From: a virus
Taxonomy: Duplodnaviria; Caudoviricetes
IMG/VR virus record: IMGVR_UViG_3300049782_000037
Coordinates: 1 to 46,023 of that record
Reading direction: 5' to 3' (one strand)
Length of the DNA: 46,023 nucleotides
Positions 16,141 to 24,495 of the stretch are shown in pieces (the stretch's first letter is position 1; each line of letters begins with the position of its first letter). The position numbers were made by a program, and so were the translations under genes. Below the pieces are notes generated by a model. The model was not told the origin of the DNA. It was given only the letters and a program-made list of their open reading frames with translations, and did not search any database.

Positions 16141-16611
16141 ATGCGGAGACGAGATGATCACGACGGCGGAGGCGGCGGGCACCGGCCCGAATGGCTGCCA
16201 TGGCTCACCGGAGCGCTAGCGGACAGAGGCTATGACCTCGACCGCCGCGGCGGCCGCACGAGACTTTCCGAGGACACCGGACTGTCGGCGAGCATCATCG
16301 CTCGCCTGCTGGCCGGCGAGGCGGTCTCGTACGAGACGCTGCTCGCCATCGCGCGGGGAACCGGCGTGCCCTTGGCCCAGCTCCTAATCCGGACCGGTAA
16401 AGCAAGTCCCGACGATTTCGCCCTTCCAGGGATGGAAATCGGTCACGTTGGGGTATCGTCCGGAAAGCGATTGACACCTGAAGAGGTGGCAGCGCTCGCG
16501 GGGGTGCCGGACGACGACCGACCATGGTTCAACACGATGCTGAGGCGTTTGCGTCGAGACGGATACGAAGAGGGCGACAGCGCAACGGGGGGTGCTGCCG
16601 CGGAGGGGTAG
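16141..16611 (+). CDS. Immunity repressor (XRE HTH)
   Basis: RTRLSEDTGLSASIIARLLAGEAVSYETLLAIARGTGVPLAQLL; divergent from Cro, upstream of the integrase. Confidence 0.85.
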   Translation: MRRRDDHDGGGGGHRPEWLPWLTGALADRGYDLDRRGGRTRLSEDTGLSASIIARLLAGEAVSYETLLAIARGTGVPLAQLLIRTGKASPDDFALPGMEIGHVGVSSGKRLTPEEVAALAGVPDDDRPWFNTMLRRLRRDGYEEGDSATGGAAAEG

Positions 16612-16616
16612 ACGGA

Positions 16617-16985
16617 ATGCGGGATGTGCGCAGAGTGACAGGTCTGGCCAAAGCTTGCGCGGTTGTGGGGATCGCGCTCGCCCTCCACGGGATCGTCACG
16701 GACCAGGCAAGGACCTTCCGAATAGGCACGCTGACCCTGATCACGTCCATAGGGGTCACGCTGCATCTCACGTCCCGGATGGCCGTGCATGAGGTCATGG
16801 CGCACCAGGCCCGCGTCGCCCGACTGACCGCGCAAGAGCGGCAGCGGTACACCGAGATCGGCTATCGAGCAGCCCAGATCGACGCGCGGACGGAACGGAC
16901 TCCCGGCTGGGCGGGCGATGCGGGTGTCACGCGACTTCCGCACGCTCGCCACACCCCCCAGATGCGCCGAGACGGGAGCGCCTGA
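16617..16985 (+). CDS. Two-TM membrane protein between repressor and integrase
   Basis: ACAVVGIALALHGIV and IGTLTLITSIGVTLHL hydrophobic segments; SD GGAGG upstream. Confidence 0.65.
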   Translation: MRDVRRVTGLAKACAVVGIALALHGIVTDQARTFRIGTLTLITSIGVTLHLTSRMAVHEVMAHQARVARLTAQERQRYTEIGYRAAQIDARTERTPGWAGDAGVTRLPHARHTPQMRRDGSA

Positions 16986-16998
16986 AGCAGGGGGTTTA

Positions 16999-18657
16999 AT
17001 GAAAGAGATCCGGGGCACACGGAATCAATTGCCTACATGGCAAATCCCGAGGGCGGAAAGCATCCCTGCCCTTATCCCCGTTATCGGATACGTCCGAGTA
17101 TCCACATGGCGCGAAGAAAAGGTCAGCGACCAAATCCAGATGGACGCCATCAAGGAAGCGGCCGCCCGCCGCGGACGCTACGTCGCCGAGTGGATCCCAG
17201 ACCTCGACGCGACCGGCCGTAACTTCAAACGCCGCATCATGGAAGCGATCGGCATCGTCGAGGACACCGGCCGCCCCGAACGCGAAATCTGGGTATGGAA
17301 GTTCAGCCGATTCGGCCGCAACAGACACGGCGTCGCGATCAACCTCGCCCGGATCGAACACGCCGGCGGCGCCCTTGTCTCAGCGACCGAGGACGTCGAC
17401 GCGTCCACCGCCGTGGGCGAGTTCACCCGCGACATGCTGTTCGCCGTCGCCGCCTTCGAGAGCAACCGCGCGGGTGAGCAGTGGACGGAGACGCATGACC
17501 TGCGGCGCTCGATGGGACTCCCCGCCACCGGCCGCAAACGGTTCGGGTACCGATGGCACCCGCGGCGTCTGCCCGACGGCGAAGGCGGGTGGCGACTGCA
17601 AGACGAGTGGTACGAGGTGCAGCCGACACCAGCCGAGGTGATCAGCGAAGCGTACGACCTCTACAACCGCGGCACGACCGGCTTCACACGGCTCGCCGAA
17701 CGCTGGCAAGGTCTCGGCATGGCTAACGCGTGGGGCAACCCTTGGCAGAGCCAAGGCGTCCGCGACTACCTCGACAGCGGATTCGCGGCCGGGCTGCTGT
17801 ACGTGCACAAGCCCGATGTGCCGTGCCCGGACAAGAGCCGCTGTCACAAGCGGATCCGGGAGCACTGGACGTACCTACCCGCCGAGCACGAATCAATCAT
17901 CGACGGCGACGTGTGGGACAACTACCGCGACCGCCGCGAGACACGGAAAGCCACCCCTCGCCGCTCACTCGCCCCCAGGTACCCGCTGTCGGGACTCGTC
18001 GAGTGCGGCATGTGCCGCGACATGGGCCGCAAGTCACATGCCGCGCCTGCGCCGTCGGGCGGCGTCGCCGGGAAGGCGTACCGGTGCGGCGTCCTGGTCC
18101 GCAAGGGCGTGCAGCACGACTCGGTGTGGGTGCACCGCGTCGACGTCGAGCGCGAGGTGTTCGAGTGGCTGCTGCAGGTCCGCGACGAGATCGACGCGAT
18201 CGTCGCCGGCCGCGTCGTTATCCCGCAGCCTCGGATCGACCCGACCGTCGAGGTACGCCGGAAGCAGCTCACGGACGCGGTGAGCAAGTTGACGCGGGCG
18301 CTCGACCGGGCAACCGAGGGTTACACGATGGGCGACATCCCGCGCGACTCGTACCTGCGGACGAAGGAGCGGCTCACGCAGCAGCGCGACGAGCGGCAGC
18401 GTGAACTCGACGAGCTGCCCGGCCGGGAGACGCCGACGCCGGGGCCGATGCCGTACCGTGCGGTCGTCGCCGATCTGCTGACCGAGTGGAACACGATCAG
18501 CGTCGACAAGAAAAGGCTGCTGCTGTCTGAGCTGATCCGGCGGGTCGAGGTGCGGCGGGCCGAGCCGACTATCACGGTCGTGCCGGTGTGGGCACCGCCC
18601 GATGAGCCGCTGGTGATCGACCTCAAGCGCAGCGCGGGCTCGCCGCCGTCGGGGTGA
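16999..18657 (+). CDS. int: Large serine recombinase (integrase)
   Basis: YVRVST catalytic Ser, SRFGRN, recombinase domain, CGMC...YRC zinc ribbon, coiled coil. Confidence 0.95.
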   Translation: MKEIRGTRNQLPTWQIPRAESIPALIPVIGYVRVSTWREEKVSDQIQMDAIKEAAARRGRYVAEWIPDLDATGRNFKRRIMEAIGIVEDTGRPEREIWVWKFSRFGRNRHGVAINLARIEHAGGALVSATEDVDASTAVGEFTRDMLFAVAAFESNRAGEQWTETHDLRRSMGLPATGRKRFGYRWHPRRLPDGEGGWRLQDEWYEVQPTPAEVISEAYDLYNRGTTGFTRLAERWQGLGMANAWGNPWQSQGVRDYLDSGFAAGLLYVHKPDVPCPDKSRCHKRIREHWTYLPAEHESIIDGDVWDNYRDRRETRKATPRRSLAPRYPLSGLVECGMCRDMGRKSHAAPAPSGGVAGKAYRCGVLVRKGVQHDSVWVHRVDVEREVFEWLLQVRDEIDAIVAGRVVIPQPRIDPTVEVRRKQLTDAVSKLTRALDRATEGYTMGDIPRDSYLRTKERLTQQRDERQRELDELPGRETPTPGPMPYRAVVADLLTEWNTISVDKKRLLLSELIRRVEVRRAEPTITVVPVWAPPDEPLVIDLKRSAGSPPSG

Positions 18658-18658
18658 T

Positions 18659-18704
18659 GCGTGCTTTTGGGTGACTGTCCAGCTTTACCTACTCAAAAGC
18701 ATGC
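18659..18704. other. Candidate attP site
   Basis: 46-bp AT-richer imperfect inverted repeat (GCGTGCTTTTGGGT / ACTCAAAAGCATGC, 12 of 14 match) directly after the integrase stop; centre dinucleotide AG at 18681-18682. Confidence 0.65.
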
Positions 18705-18728
18705 GCAGCACGGGCACGAAACGCCGCA

Positions 18729-18766
18729 GCCCCGGCCCTGTCTTTGCGGAGACGAGGGGCCGGGGC
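18729..18766. terminator. Hairpin between convergent units near attP
   Basis: GCCCCGGCCC / GGGCCGGGGC stem with A-rich left flank. Confidence 0.55.
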
Positions 18767-18989
18767 GCGGTGGTCGCCTCTCCCGCGTGGGGCACAGGAT
18801 CGGCGACGGCGGTCCGCTCCTGTGCTGACGGGAGCGGAGTCATCATGCCCTCGGTGAGGGCTCGGTAAGTGCTCGGGGCATATCCCCTCACAGCACCGAC
18901 ACAATCAGGCAAGGCGGCGTAACAGCGCGTAACAAGCGGTGGTGAGGGTGCCCGGCGGGACAGGGGGGAGTCGACCGCCAGGCACCCCG

Positions 18990-19622
18990 CTATGTGGCGG
19001 CCGCGAGTTCCGCAGCCAGATCGACGATCGTGCAGCCGTGCAGCGACCGCACGAGCTGAGCGGCGAGCACCCACCGCGCGGCCGGCGAGCTGTACGCGAC
19101 GACCCCCCGGTTTTCCGTGCGCACCGGATACCCGAACGCCGACGACGCCCATATGCGGCCGTACACCGCGCACACCTGACTGTCGCGGACGCGTACGGCG
19201 ACGCTGCGGTCGATCAGGTGCGGGCACATCCGGACCGCCTCGCCCGCGCAGGGCAGGCACACGGGCGGGTGTGTAGTGAGCAGATCGTTCGGCCAGCCGC
19301 GCCAGTCGCCGCGGGCATCTTCGAGCAGCCACAGCCACCCGCGCCGGTCGCGGGCGGCCGGCCGCCCGCACACCTGACACAACAGGTGTTCCATGGCGAC
19401 GCGCTGCCGGGCCGGGTGCACGTCGCCGTACTGCGGGCGGCCGGTGCCCTGCGCGAGCGCGCGGCCGAGCCACAGCACGCCGTATTGGTCGCGGTCCTCG
19501 GGCGTCTCGTCGGCGAATCCGATGCCGCCCCGGCCCGAGTACACGATCGTGCGGCGATGCCGCGGCTCGCCGGACCATGCCGCGATGAACGGCACGACGT
19601 CAGGCCGCGCGAGCGCCTTCAT
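18990..19622 (-). CDS. Cys/His-rich protein of a type common in actinomycetes
   Basis: VPFIAAWSGE, HPARQR, CQVCG, HPPVCLPCA...CPHL; ATGA-coupled. Confidence 0.8.
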   Translation of the reverse strand: MKALARPDVVPFIAAWSGEPRHRRTIVYSGRGGIGFADETPEDRDQYGVLWLGRALAQGTGRPQYGDVHPARQRVAMEHLLCQVCGRPAARDRRGWLWLLEDARGDWRGWPNDLLTTHPPVCLPCAGEAVRMCPHLIDRSVAVRVRDSQVCAVYGRIWASSAFGYPVRTENRGVVAYSSPAARWVLAAQLVRSLHGCTIVDLAAELAAAT

Positions 19623-20104
19623 GACGCACCTCCGGTCGGGCGGCCGACGCGGGCGAGGGCGAGGTGCAGGCGGCCGGCCGCGTGCGCGTGCTCGCGGTAC
19701 TCGTCGACCTCGGCGACCGATGCGACCCGCGACAGCTCGTCGAGTCCGACCGCGAGCAGCGCGCCGCCGGCGTCGTGGACGGCGCGCACCCACCGCGTGT
19801 GCGCGATCTTGAGCGCGTACTCGGTGTCGGTGAACCACAGCAGTGCCTCGCCGCCGTGCACGGTGAGCCGTACGCCGGCGTCGGGTACGGGCTCGCCGGC
19901 CGGAGCGGCGCCGAGGGACGCCGCGACTCGCCGCATGGTGGTCTCGACGGCGGCCGGGTCTGCCTCGCCGAGCGGCGGTGCCGCGTGGGTGAGCAGGAGA
20001 CAGCACATCGGCTCGCCGTCACCCTGGTCGATCCATGTGCGCACGTTGATCGACATGAGCGTGCCGAGGGGCACGGCCAGCGCCGACGGAGTTCCGGCGG
20101 TCAT
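19619..20104 (-). CDS. Hypothetical protein (DUF5949-like)
   Basis: LGTL....W.......P...LLL pattern recalled from Streptomyces DUF5949 proteins; ATGA-coupled. Confidence 0.6.
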   Translation of the reverse strand: MTAGTPSALAVPLGTLMSINVRTWIDQGDGEPMCCLLLTHAAPPLGEADPAAVETTMRRVAASLGAAPAGEPVPDAGVRLTVHGGEALLWFTDTEYALKIAHTRWVRAVHDAGGALLAVGLDELSRVASVAEVDEYREHAHAAGRLHLALARVGRPTGGAS

Positions 20105-20640
20105 CGGACGTCGTCCATGGCCATGCGCGCGCTCGCGGCGGCGTACGCCTCGTACAGCGCCATGGCGTCCGTCAGCGTCACGGACGGCGGCACGATCCAC
20201 GATCGGGCGCGCAGCGTGCGCGGTGCGACGACTGCGGGCGGCGGCACCGTCAGCAACTCGCCGACCGGGAGGACGGTCGCGCCGTCGAGGTCCCAATCGG
20301 TGACCGATCCGAGCGGCACGAGCACGTCGACGTGCGCCTCGGTGTGCAGTACGGGCCCGATCTCGGCGCCCGCGGTACGCAGCGCCGTGACGGTACGCCA
20401 CCCGCGCGAGCGATCCATGCGGACGACGTCCCATCCCCTGCCGGCGGGGAGGTCTGCGAGCTGTCCCTGATCCCACGCCGCGAGGGTCAGCGACACGCTC
20501 GCGCCGCTGTCCCTGATCCAGTCGACGGACATGAACCCGTCGAATCCGCCGGCCGCCTCTGCAAGGTGGGCTCGGCGCAGGTGGTCCGATGTGGTGCGTG
20601 CTGGTAGTGCGCGCTGCGGGAACGCGTCATTCGAGGTCAC
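20101..20640 (-). CDS. Hypothetical protein, degenerate Prim-Pol-like fold
   Basis: AG..WDVVR, GPVL, LVP.G....W, L.VP.P, W..PP...LTD pattern of Streptomyces XRE-associated proteins; no clear catalytic DxD/H set. Confidence 0.6.
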   Translation of the reverse strand: MTSNDAFPQRALPARTTSDHLRRAHLAEAAGGFDGFMSVDWIRDSGASVSLTLAAWDQGQLADLPAGRGWDVVRMDRSRGWRTVTALRTAGAEIGPVLHTEAHVDVLVPLGSVTDWDLDGATVLPVGELLTVPPPAVVAPRTLRARSWIVPPSVTLTDAMALYEAYAAASARMAMDDVR

Positions 20641-20641
20641 G

Positions 20642-20905
20642 TCACTCGCTCCGCTCGGGGGTGGCCGGAGGGACCGACTCGGCGAGCAGACGCCCGAGTT
20701 CGGCGTGCAGCGCCTCGGCGCTGGCATTCGTCAGCACGAGGTCGCCCGTGCCGATGGCCTCGCCGTCTTTGCCCACGGCGAGCGGAAGCGCGATCCGTCC
20801 GGCCGCCGTACGCCGTAACGATCCGTTGCGGTTAATGCGTACGCCCTGCGCGGGATTCGCGGTCACGCCGACACTCCCTCGCCGCACTCGCTGAGTCGTC
20901 GTCAT
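20642..20905 (-). CDS. Hypothetical protein (87 aa), leaderless, with a TTA codon at codon 30
   Basis: ATG 7 nt after -10 TACGGT; TTA = taa at 20816-20818. Confidence 0.7.
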   Translation of the reverse strand: MTTTQRVRRGSVGVTANPAQGVRINRNGSLRRTAAGRIALPLAVGKDGEAIGTGDLVLTNASAEALHAELGRLLAESVPPATPERSE

Positions 20906-20912
20906 GGCACGG

Positions 20913-20966
20913 ACCGTAGGGGCGAAACGACGGAGCGACCCGGAAGGAAATTCCGGGTCGCTCCGT
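20913..20966 (-). promoter_or_regulatory. Leaderless promoter with a perfect 16-bp inverted repeat over the -35 region
   Basis: ACGGAGCGACCCGGAA-GGAAA-TTCCGGGTCGCTCCGT (20930-20966); TACGGT at 20918-20913. Confidence 0.7.
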
Positions 20967-21009
20967 GTTCCGGGTGAGTCAACTGGTTGAGCAGGCACGC
21001 CCGTTCGAG

Positions 21010-22242
21010 CTACGCCAGTACACCGACGTGCTCGGCGATGCGGTGCACGTCCGCCCGCATCTGCGGGCGCGGACGCTTGAGCAGCGCCTGCACAGCCTCA
21101 CGGACGAGGGGGAAGTACCTGATCTCTTCGGGTGACGCCTCCATGATCTGTTTGAGCATGTAGAGGGTGCCGAAATCGTCGCCGGTCAGCCGGTGCGAGT
21201 GCATGACCTCAACGAGGTACCGCGTTGTACGCTCCAGCGGCAGTACGCCGCCGGGCTCGGGCACCTCGACGTCGTCGGCGAGCCGCAGCGCCTCGGCCGC
21301 GTCGCCTTCCTCGGCGGCGAGGTGCACGCCGTGCATGGCAACGTTGGTCGGCCCGAACGATGTGTGGAAGTCGTTCCGGTCGACGCCGAGCCGCTGCGCA
21401 ACGGTGTTCGCCTGCAACAGCAGATCCCATGCGGTCGGCGCCTTGCTGTCGCGCACGGCGGCGATGACTGCGGCGAGGTGCAACGCGCCGTAGGCCGAGA
21501 GGTGTTCGGGGGTGGCGTCGTCGCCGGGACGGCAGTGCTCGATCGTCGTGCGTGCGAGGTCGAGCGAGTCGGCGACTTCGCCGCTCGACGTGAGGATGCC
21601 GCAGACGTTCCATGCGGAGGCGGCGATCAGGGCGGGGTCGCCGGTGCTATCGGCGATCTGCATTGCTCGGTCGGCGGCGCGCAGTGACAGCTTGCGCTCG
21701 CCGACGCGCCGCAGAAATACCTGGTGCAAGTGCAGCAGGGACACGAGCGCGCGGGTCGCGTCGAGTTCCGCCTCGCCGCGTGTGGCGCGCAGTGTGGCGT
21801 ACGCCTCGGCGAGTAGTCCGGGCAGAATGCCGCCGACGGGCGCGTATCGCTCGGTCTCGTTCTCGTAGATCGACCATGCGTCGGCGACGCGCTCGGCGAG
21901 CTGCGCGGCGGTGAGTGGGTCGCCGGACAGTCCGAGGCCGAGGTGCGACGGGGGGGCGTTCAGGGCTCGCCGGATGTCGGGCACCGAGGGGTGCTCGGGT
22001 CCGCCGACGAGGTTGAGGTCGATCGTCGAGCCGACGAGGTCGGCGACGTTGTCGAGGGACAGCTCGCGGGCAATTCGGATGAGCATGGACAGGGAGTCGA
22101 TACCGATGACGTTTCGTTCGACCTTGCTGAGCCAGTCCTCGGAGCGGCCGACGAGTCCGGCGAGCGCGGCCTGCGACTTGCCGGTCTTGAGGCGGTAGTA
22201 CCTGATCCGCTCCCCGGTCGTCATGACGGATGGATTGATCAT
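21010..22242 (-). CDS. XRE-family HTH regulator with an alpha-helical TPR-like C-terminal domain (410 aa)
   Basis: TGERIRYYRLKTGKSQAALAGLVGRSEDWLSKVERN HTH; helical repeats; FGPTNV..H motif; SD AAGGGG. Confidence 0.88.
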   Translation of the reverse strand: MINPSVMTTGERIRYYRLKTGKSQAALAGLVGRSEDWLSKVERNVIGIDSLSMLIRIARELSLDNVADLVGSTIDLNLVGGPEHPSVPDIRRALNAPPSHLGLGLSGDPLTAAQLAERVADAWSIYENETERYAPVGGILPGLLAEAYATLRATRGEAELDATRALVSLLHLHQVFLRRVGERKLSLRAADRAMQIADSTGDPALIAASAWNVCGILTSSGEVADSLDLARTTIEHCRPGDDATPEHLSAYGALHLAAVIAAVRDSKAPTAWDLLLQANTVAQRLGVDRNDFHTSFGPTNVAMHGVHLAAEEGDAAEALRLADDVEVPEPGGVLPLERTTRYLVEVMHSHRLTGDDFGTLYMLKQIMEASPEEIRYFPLVREAVQALLKRPRPQMRADVHRIAEHVGVLA

Positions 22243-22387
22243 GGGTTCCCCTTGCTGGGAGTTGAGCACTCGCCAACCAGCGTACGGCCACGGGTCGCCC
22301 CGGCTCGGGCCATACTGGGGTTGCCCCTTCGGGGAGCACTCACCCGGCCCTCGCCGCCCGTGCGGCGGGGGCCGGCACACGCACGAA

Positions 22388-22423
22388 AGCGCCCCTGTCC
22401 GGCCGTGGCCGGACAGGGGCGCT
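22388..22423 (-). terminator. Intrinsic terminator of the late/lysis operon
   Basis: Perfect 17-bp IR AGCGCCCCTGTCCGGCC-GT-GGCCGGACAGGGGCGCT, followed by TTCGT on the minus strand. Confidence 0.8.
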
Positions 22424-22429
22424 CTGGTG

Positions 22430-22747
22430 TCACACACCGGTCCTGTAGAACTCCTCGATCTCGCTCGGCGTCGGCTCGGGCTCGCCGTCGAGCTGTACCA
22501 CCTGGTCGCGTAGGCGCGTGGCCCACCGCAACGCCACCCACAGGAAGGTCCGCAACTTGGTGATCTGCATCTGCATCCTGTCGCGGTCCTTCTCAAGCTG
22601 CTCGACCGACTTGACCAGCACCGAGAGGTCAACCTGCCGTTGCTGCGGCGCGGCCGCAGCACGCGACCCGCGAACGCTGAACCACCCGGCCACGATCGCC
22701 GCGATCACCGCAGCGACGGCGCCCGCGACGGCGACGAGTCCGTTCAC
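22430..22747 (-). CDS. Lysis-cassette membrane protein (one TM plus coiled coil)
   Basis: LVAVAGAVAAVIAAIVAGWF followed by a heptad-like segment; GTGA overlap. Confidence 0.75.
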   Translation of the reverse strand: MNGLVAVAGAVAAVIAAIVAGWFSVRGSRAAAAPQQRQVDLSVLVKSVEQLEKDRDRMQMQITKLRTFLWVALRWATRLRDQVVQLDGEPEPTPSEIEEFYRTGV

Positions 22748-23187
22748 CCCGGCCCCCCTGATGCCGCCGGGCCGACGGTTGCTGTGGTGGGTGTCTCCTC
22801 CCGGACGCGTGACGCCCACACGATCATCCCGACGTGGTGCGTCAGGTAGAAGATGAACGGGAAGATCCCGCGGCTGTAGACGCCGGTCAGGAACGACACC
22901 GCGTAGGCGGTGCACCAGAACGTCGGCGGTACAAGCGCGGCGACGAACCCCCAGCGGTCCCGTCCCGTGGGCAGGAACCCGGACACGCCCGTGATGATGC
23001 CGGGCACGATCCACAACAGCGACCAGCACGCGAGCGGACCGATCGCGGTGAGCATCTCCAGTCCGCGGGCGGACGGGGGGTCGGTGATCAGACCGATCCC
23101 CCACACGACCTTGCCGATCCCGAGTATGAGCAGTGCCGCCCCCCTGCGGCCCAGGCGCTTACGCAGCCGCCGGACCGCGCGGCGCAT
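22744..23187 (-). CDS. Lysis-cassette membrane protein (about four TM)
   Basis: Basic N-terminus and four hydrophobic segments. Confidence 0.75.
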   Translation of the reverse strand: MRRAVRRLRKRLGRRGAALLILGIGKVVWGIGLITDPPSARGLEMLTAIGPLACWSLLWIVPGIITGVSGFLPTGRDRWGFVAALVPPTFWCTAYAVSFLTGVYSRGIFPFIFYLTHHVGMIVWASRVREETPTTATVGPAASGGPG

Positions 23188-23516
23188 CAGACAGCCGCCG
23201 AGCCGCCGCTGCCCGCGTCGGGCAGGTACCGCGCGCCCTCGATCGGTGCGAGCTGCTCGAAGCGCGGATACGCCGGCGGCCGCGCCCACCCGAGGAACAC
23301 GCCGGCGAGGTGCTGCAGGAAGGTCCCGCGCGCCCGCTCGCCGACGAGTTCGAGCACCCGGAACGCGAGGTAGTACGCGAGCGCGAGCAGGACGGTCACG
23401 GCGCCCGTGACGGTCGCCGAGTCGATGTCGACGCCGGCGTGCACGGCGAGGGTGAGCAGCCATCCCGCGACGAGCGGCACGACGGTGCGCATGGCGCTGA
23501 TGAACAGACCGGACAT
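23187..23516 (-). CDS. Putative holin
   Basis: RTVVPLVAGWLL...YYLAFRVLE...G.FLG..RPP.Y; two TM segments, directly after the endolysin. Confidence 0.75.
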   Translation of the reverse strand: MSGLFISAMRTVVPLVAGWLLTLAVHAGVDIDSATVTGAVTVLLALAYYLAFRVLELVGERARGTFLQHLAGVFLGWARPPAYPRFEQLAPIEGARYLPDAGSGGSAAV

Positions 23517-23574
23517 GGGCCGGCCCCCTTCCACTGGTGGTGAGCCCGGCCGCGCGGCGGCGGCCGGGCGAGGA

Positions 23575-24495
23575 TCACGCGACGACGGCGAACCCGTGCC
23601 GCGCGGCGAGCCGCTTGAGCGACGTCGCGCCGGGGATGCCGTCGGCGTCGTCGCCGCGGTAACCGAGCCGCTCCTGCCACAGCGCGTAGCCGCTGCGCGT
23701 CGCCGAACCGGCGTGCCCGTCGGCGTACCGCTCGGCGAGCAGCCGCTCGGCGACGAGCGCCTGCTCGACGTACTCGACGGGCGCGTACGAGACGGGCGTG
23801 CCCCGCTTCGGCGGGTCCGCCTTGAAGGCGGCGACGAGCTTCGCGAGGCTGACGACTCTCTTCGCCGTCGTGCCCGAGGGCAGCTTGAGCTTGCGGCCGG
23901 CCGCGATTCGGTCCGGGTCCTTGATGCCGTTGAGGTCGACGAGCGCATGCACGGTCGTGCCGTGCGCCTCGGCGATCTCGGACAGGGTGTCGCCGGACTT
24001 CACGGTGTACGTGCCGCCCGACGCCGCCGAGCCGGTGTTCGCCGGCTTGTACGTGGGGCGGCCGTACCCGGCGATGCTGGCCTCGGTGCGCACCCGGCGG
24101 GCGCACACGTCGGCGGTGTTGCCCTCGATGGTGAACACCTTGTCGCCGTCGACGGCGGTGACGATGCCGACGTGGTCGATCTTGGCGATCTCGTTCGTGC
24201 CGGCCCAGTCGAAGAACACGATGTCGCCGCGGCGGATCCCGCGCGCGCCGGCGTGCCACTGCCCGGCCGTCTTGAAGCGCTGCGCGTGCGCCACGGTGTA
24301 CGCGTAGTCGGTGCCGAACAGCACTGCCTCGCGTTCGCCGGCCTGCGTCGCCCAGTACGTGATCGCGGCGTTGCACCAGGGGAACTGGTAGTTGTACGCC
24401 GAGCCGTTCCGCTCGCGGTACCACTGCTGTATGTGGTTGGGCTCGCCGAGCCCGAGGGACTTCTCGGCCTCTCTGATCATCCCGTCGAGGCTCAT
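23575..24495 (-). CDS. Endolysin: CHAP + LysM + peptidoglycan-binding domain
   Basis: PWCNA, HVGIV, TIEGNT (CHAP); [13 protein letters not shown] (LysM); [17 protein letters not shown]. Confidence 0.92.
   Translation of the reverse strand: MSLDGMIREAEKSLGLGEPNHIQQWYRERNGSAYNYQFPWCNAAITYWATQAGEREAVLFGTDYAYTVAHAQRFKTAGQWHAGARGIRRGDIVFFDWAGTNEIAKIDHVGIVTAVDGDKVFTIEGNTADVCARRVRTEASIAGYGRPTYKPANTGSAASGGTYTVKSGDTLSEIAEAHGTTVHALVDLNGIKDPDRIAAGRKLKLPSGTTAKRVVSLAKLVAAFKADPPKRGTPVSYAPVEYVEQALVAERLLAERYADGHAGSATRSGYALWQERLGYRGDDADGIPGATSLKRLAARHGFAVVA

Noticed and set aside
16918-16998. N-terminal extension of the integrase, which would include a TTA codon just before Met 16999
   Set aside because: It overlaps the membrane protein gene, and ATG 16999 has its own G-rich SD, so the TTA is probably untranslated.
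18685-18846. Small minus-strand ORF ending inside the attP candidate
   Set aside because: It runs through a terminator-like hairpin and attP and has no recognisable features; support is insufficient.
18700-18990. tRNA or tmRNA fragment near attP
   Set aside because: No cloverleaf or T-loop motif is visible, and serine integrases do not need a tRNA core.
20642-22313. Complete arbitrium (aimR-aimP-aimX) system
   Set aside because: No small ORF with a signal peptide lies next to the regulator; only the architecture is similar, so it is reported as a distinct module.
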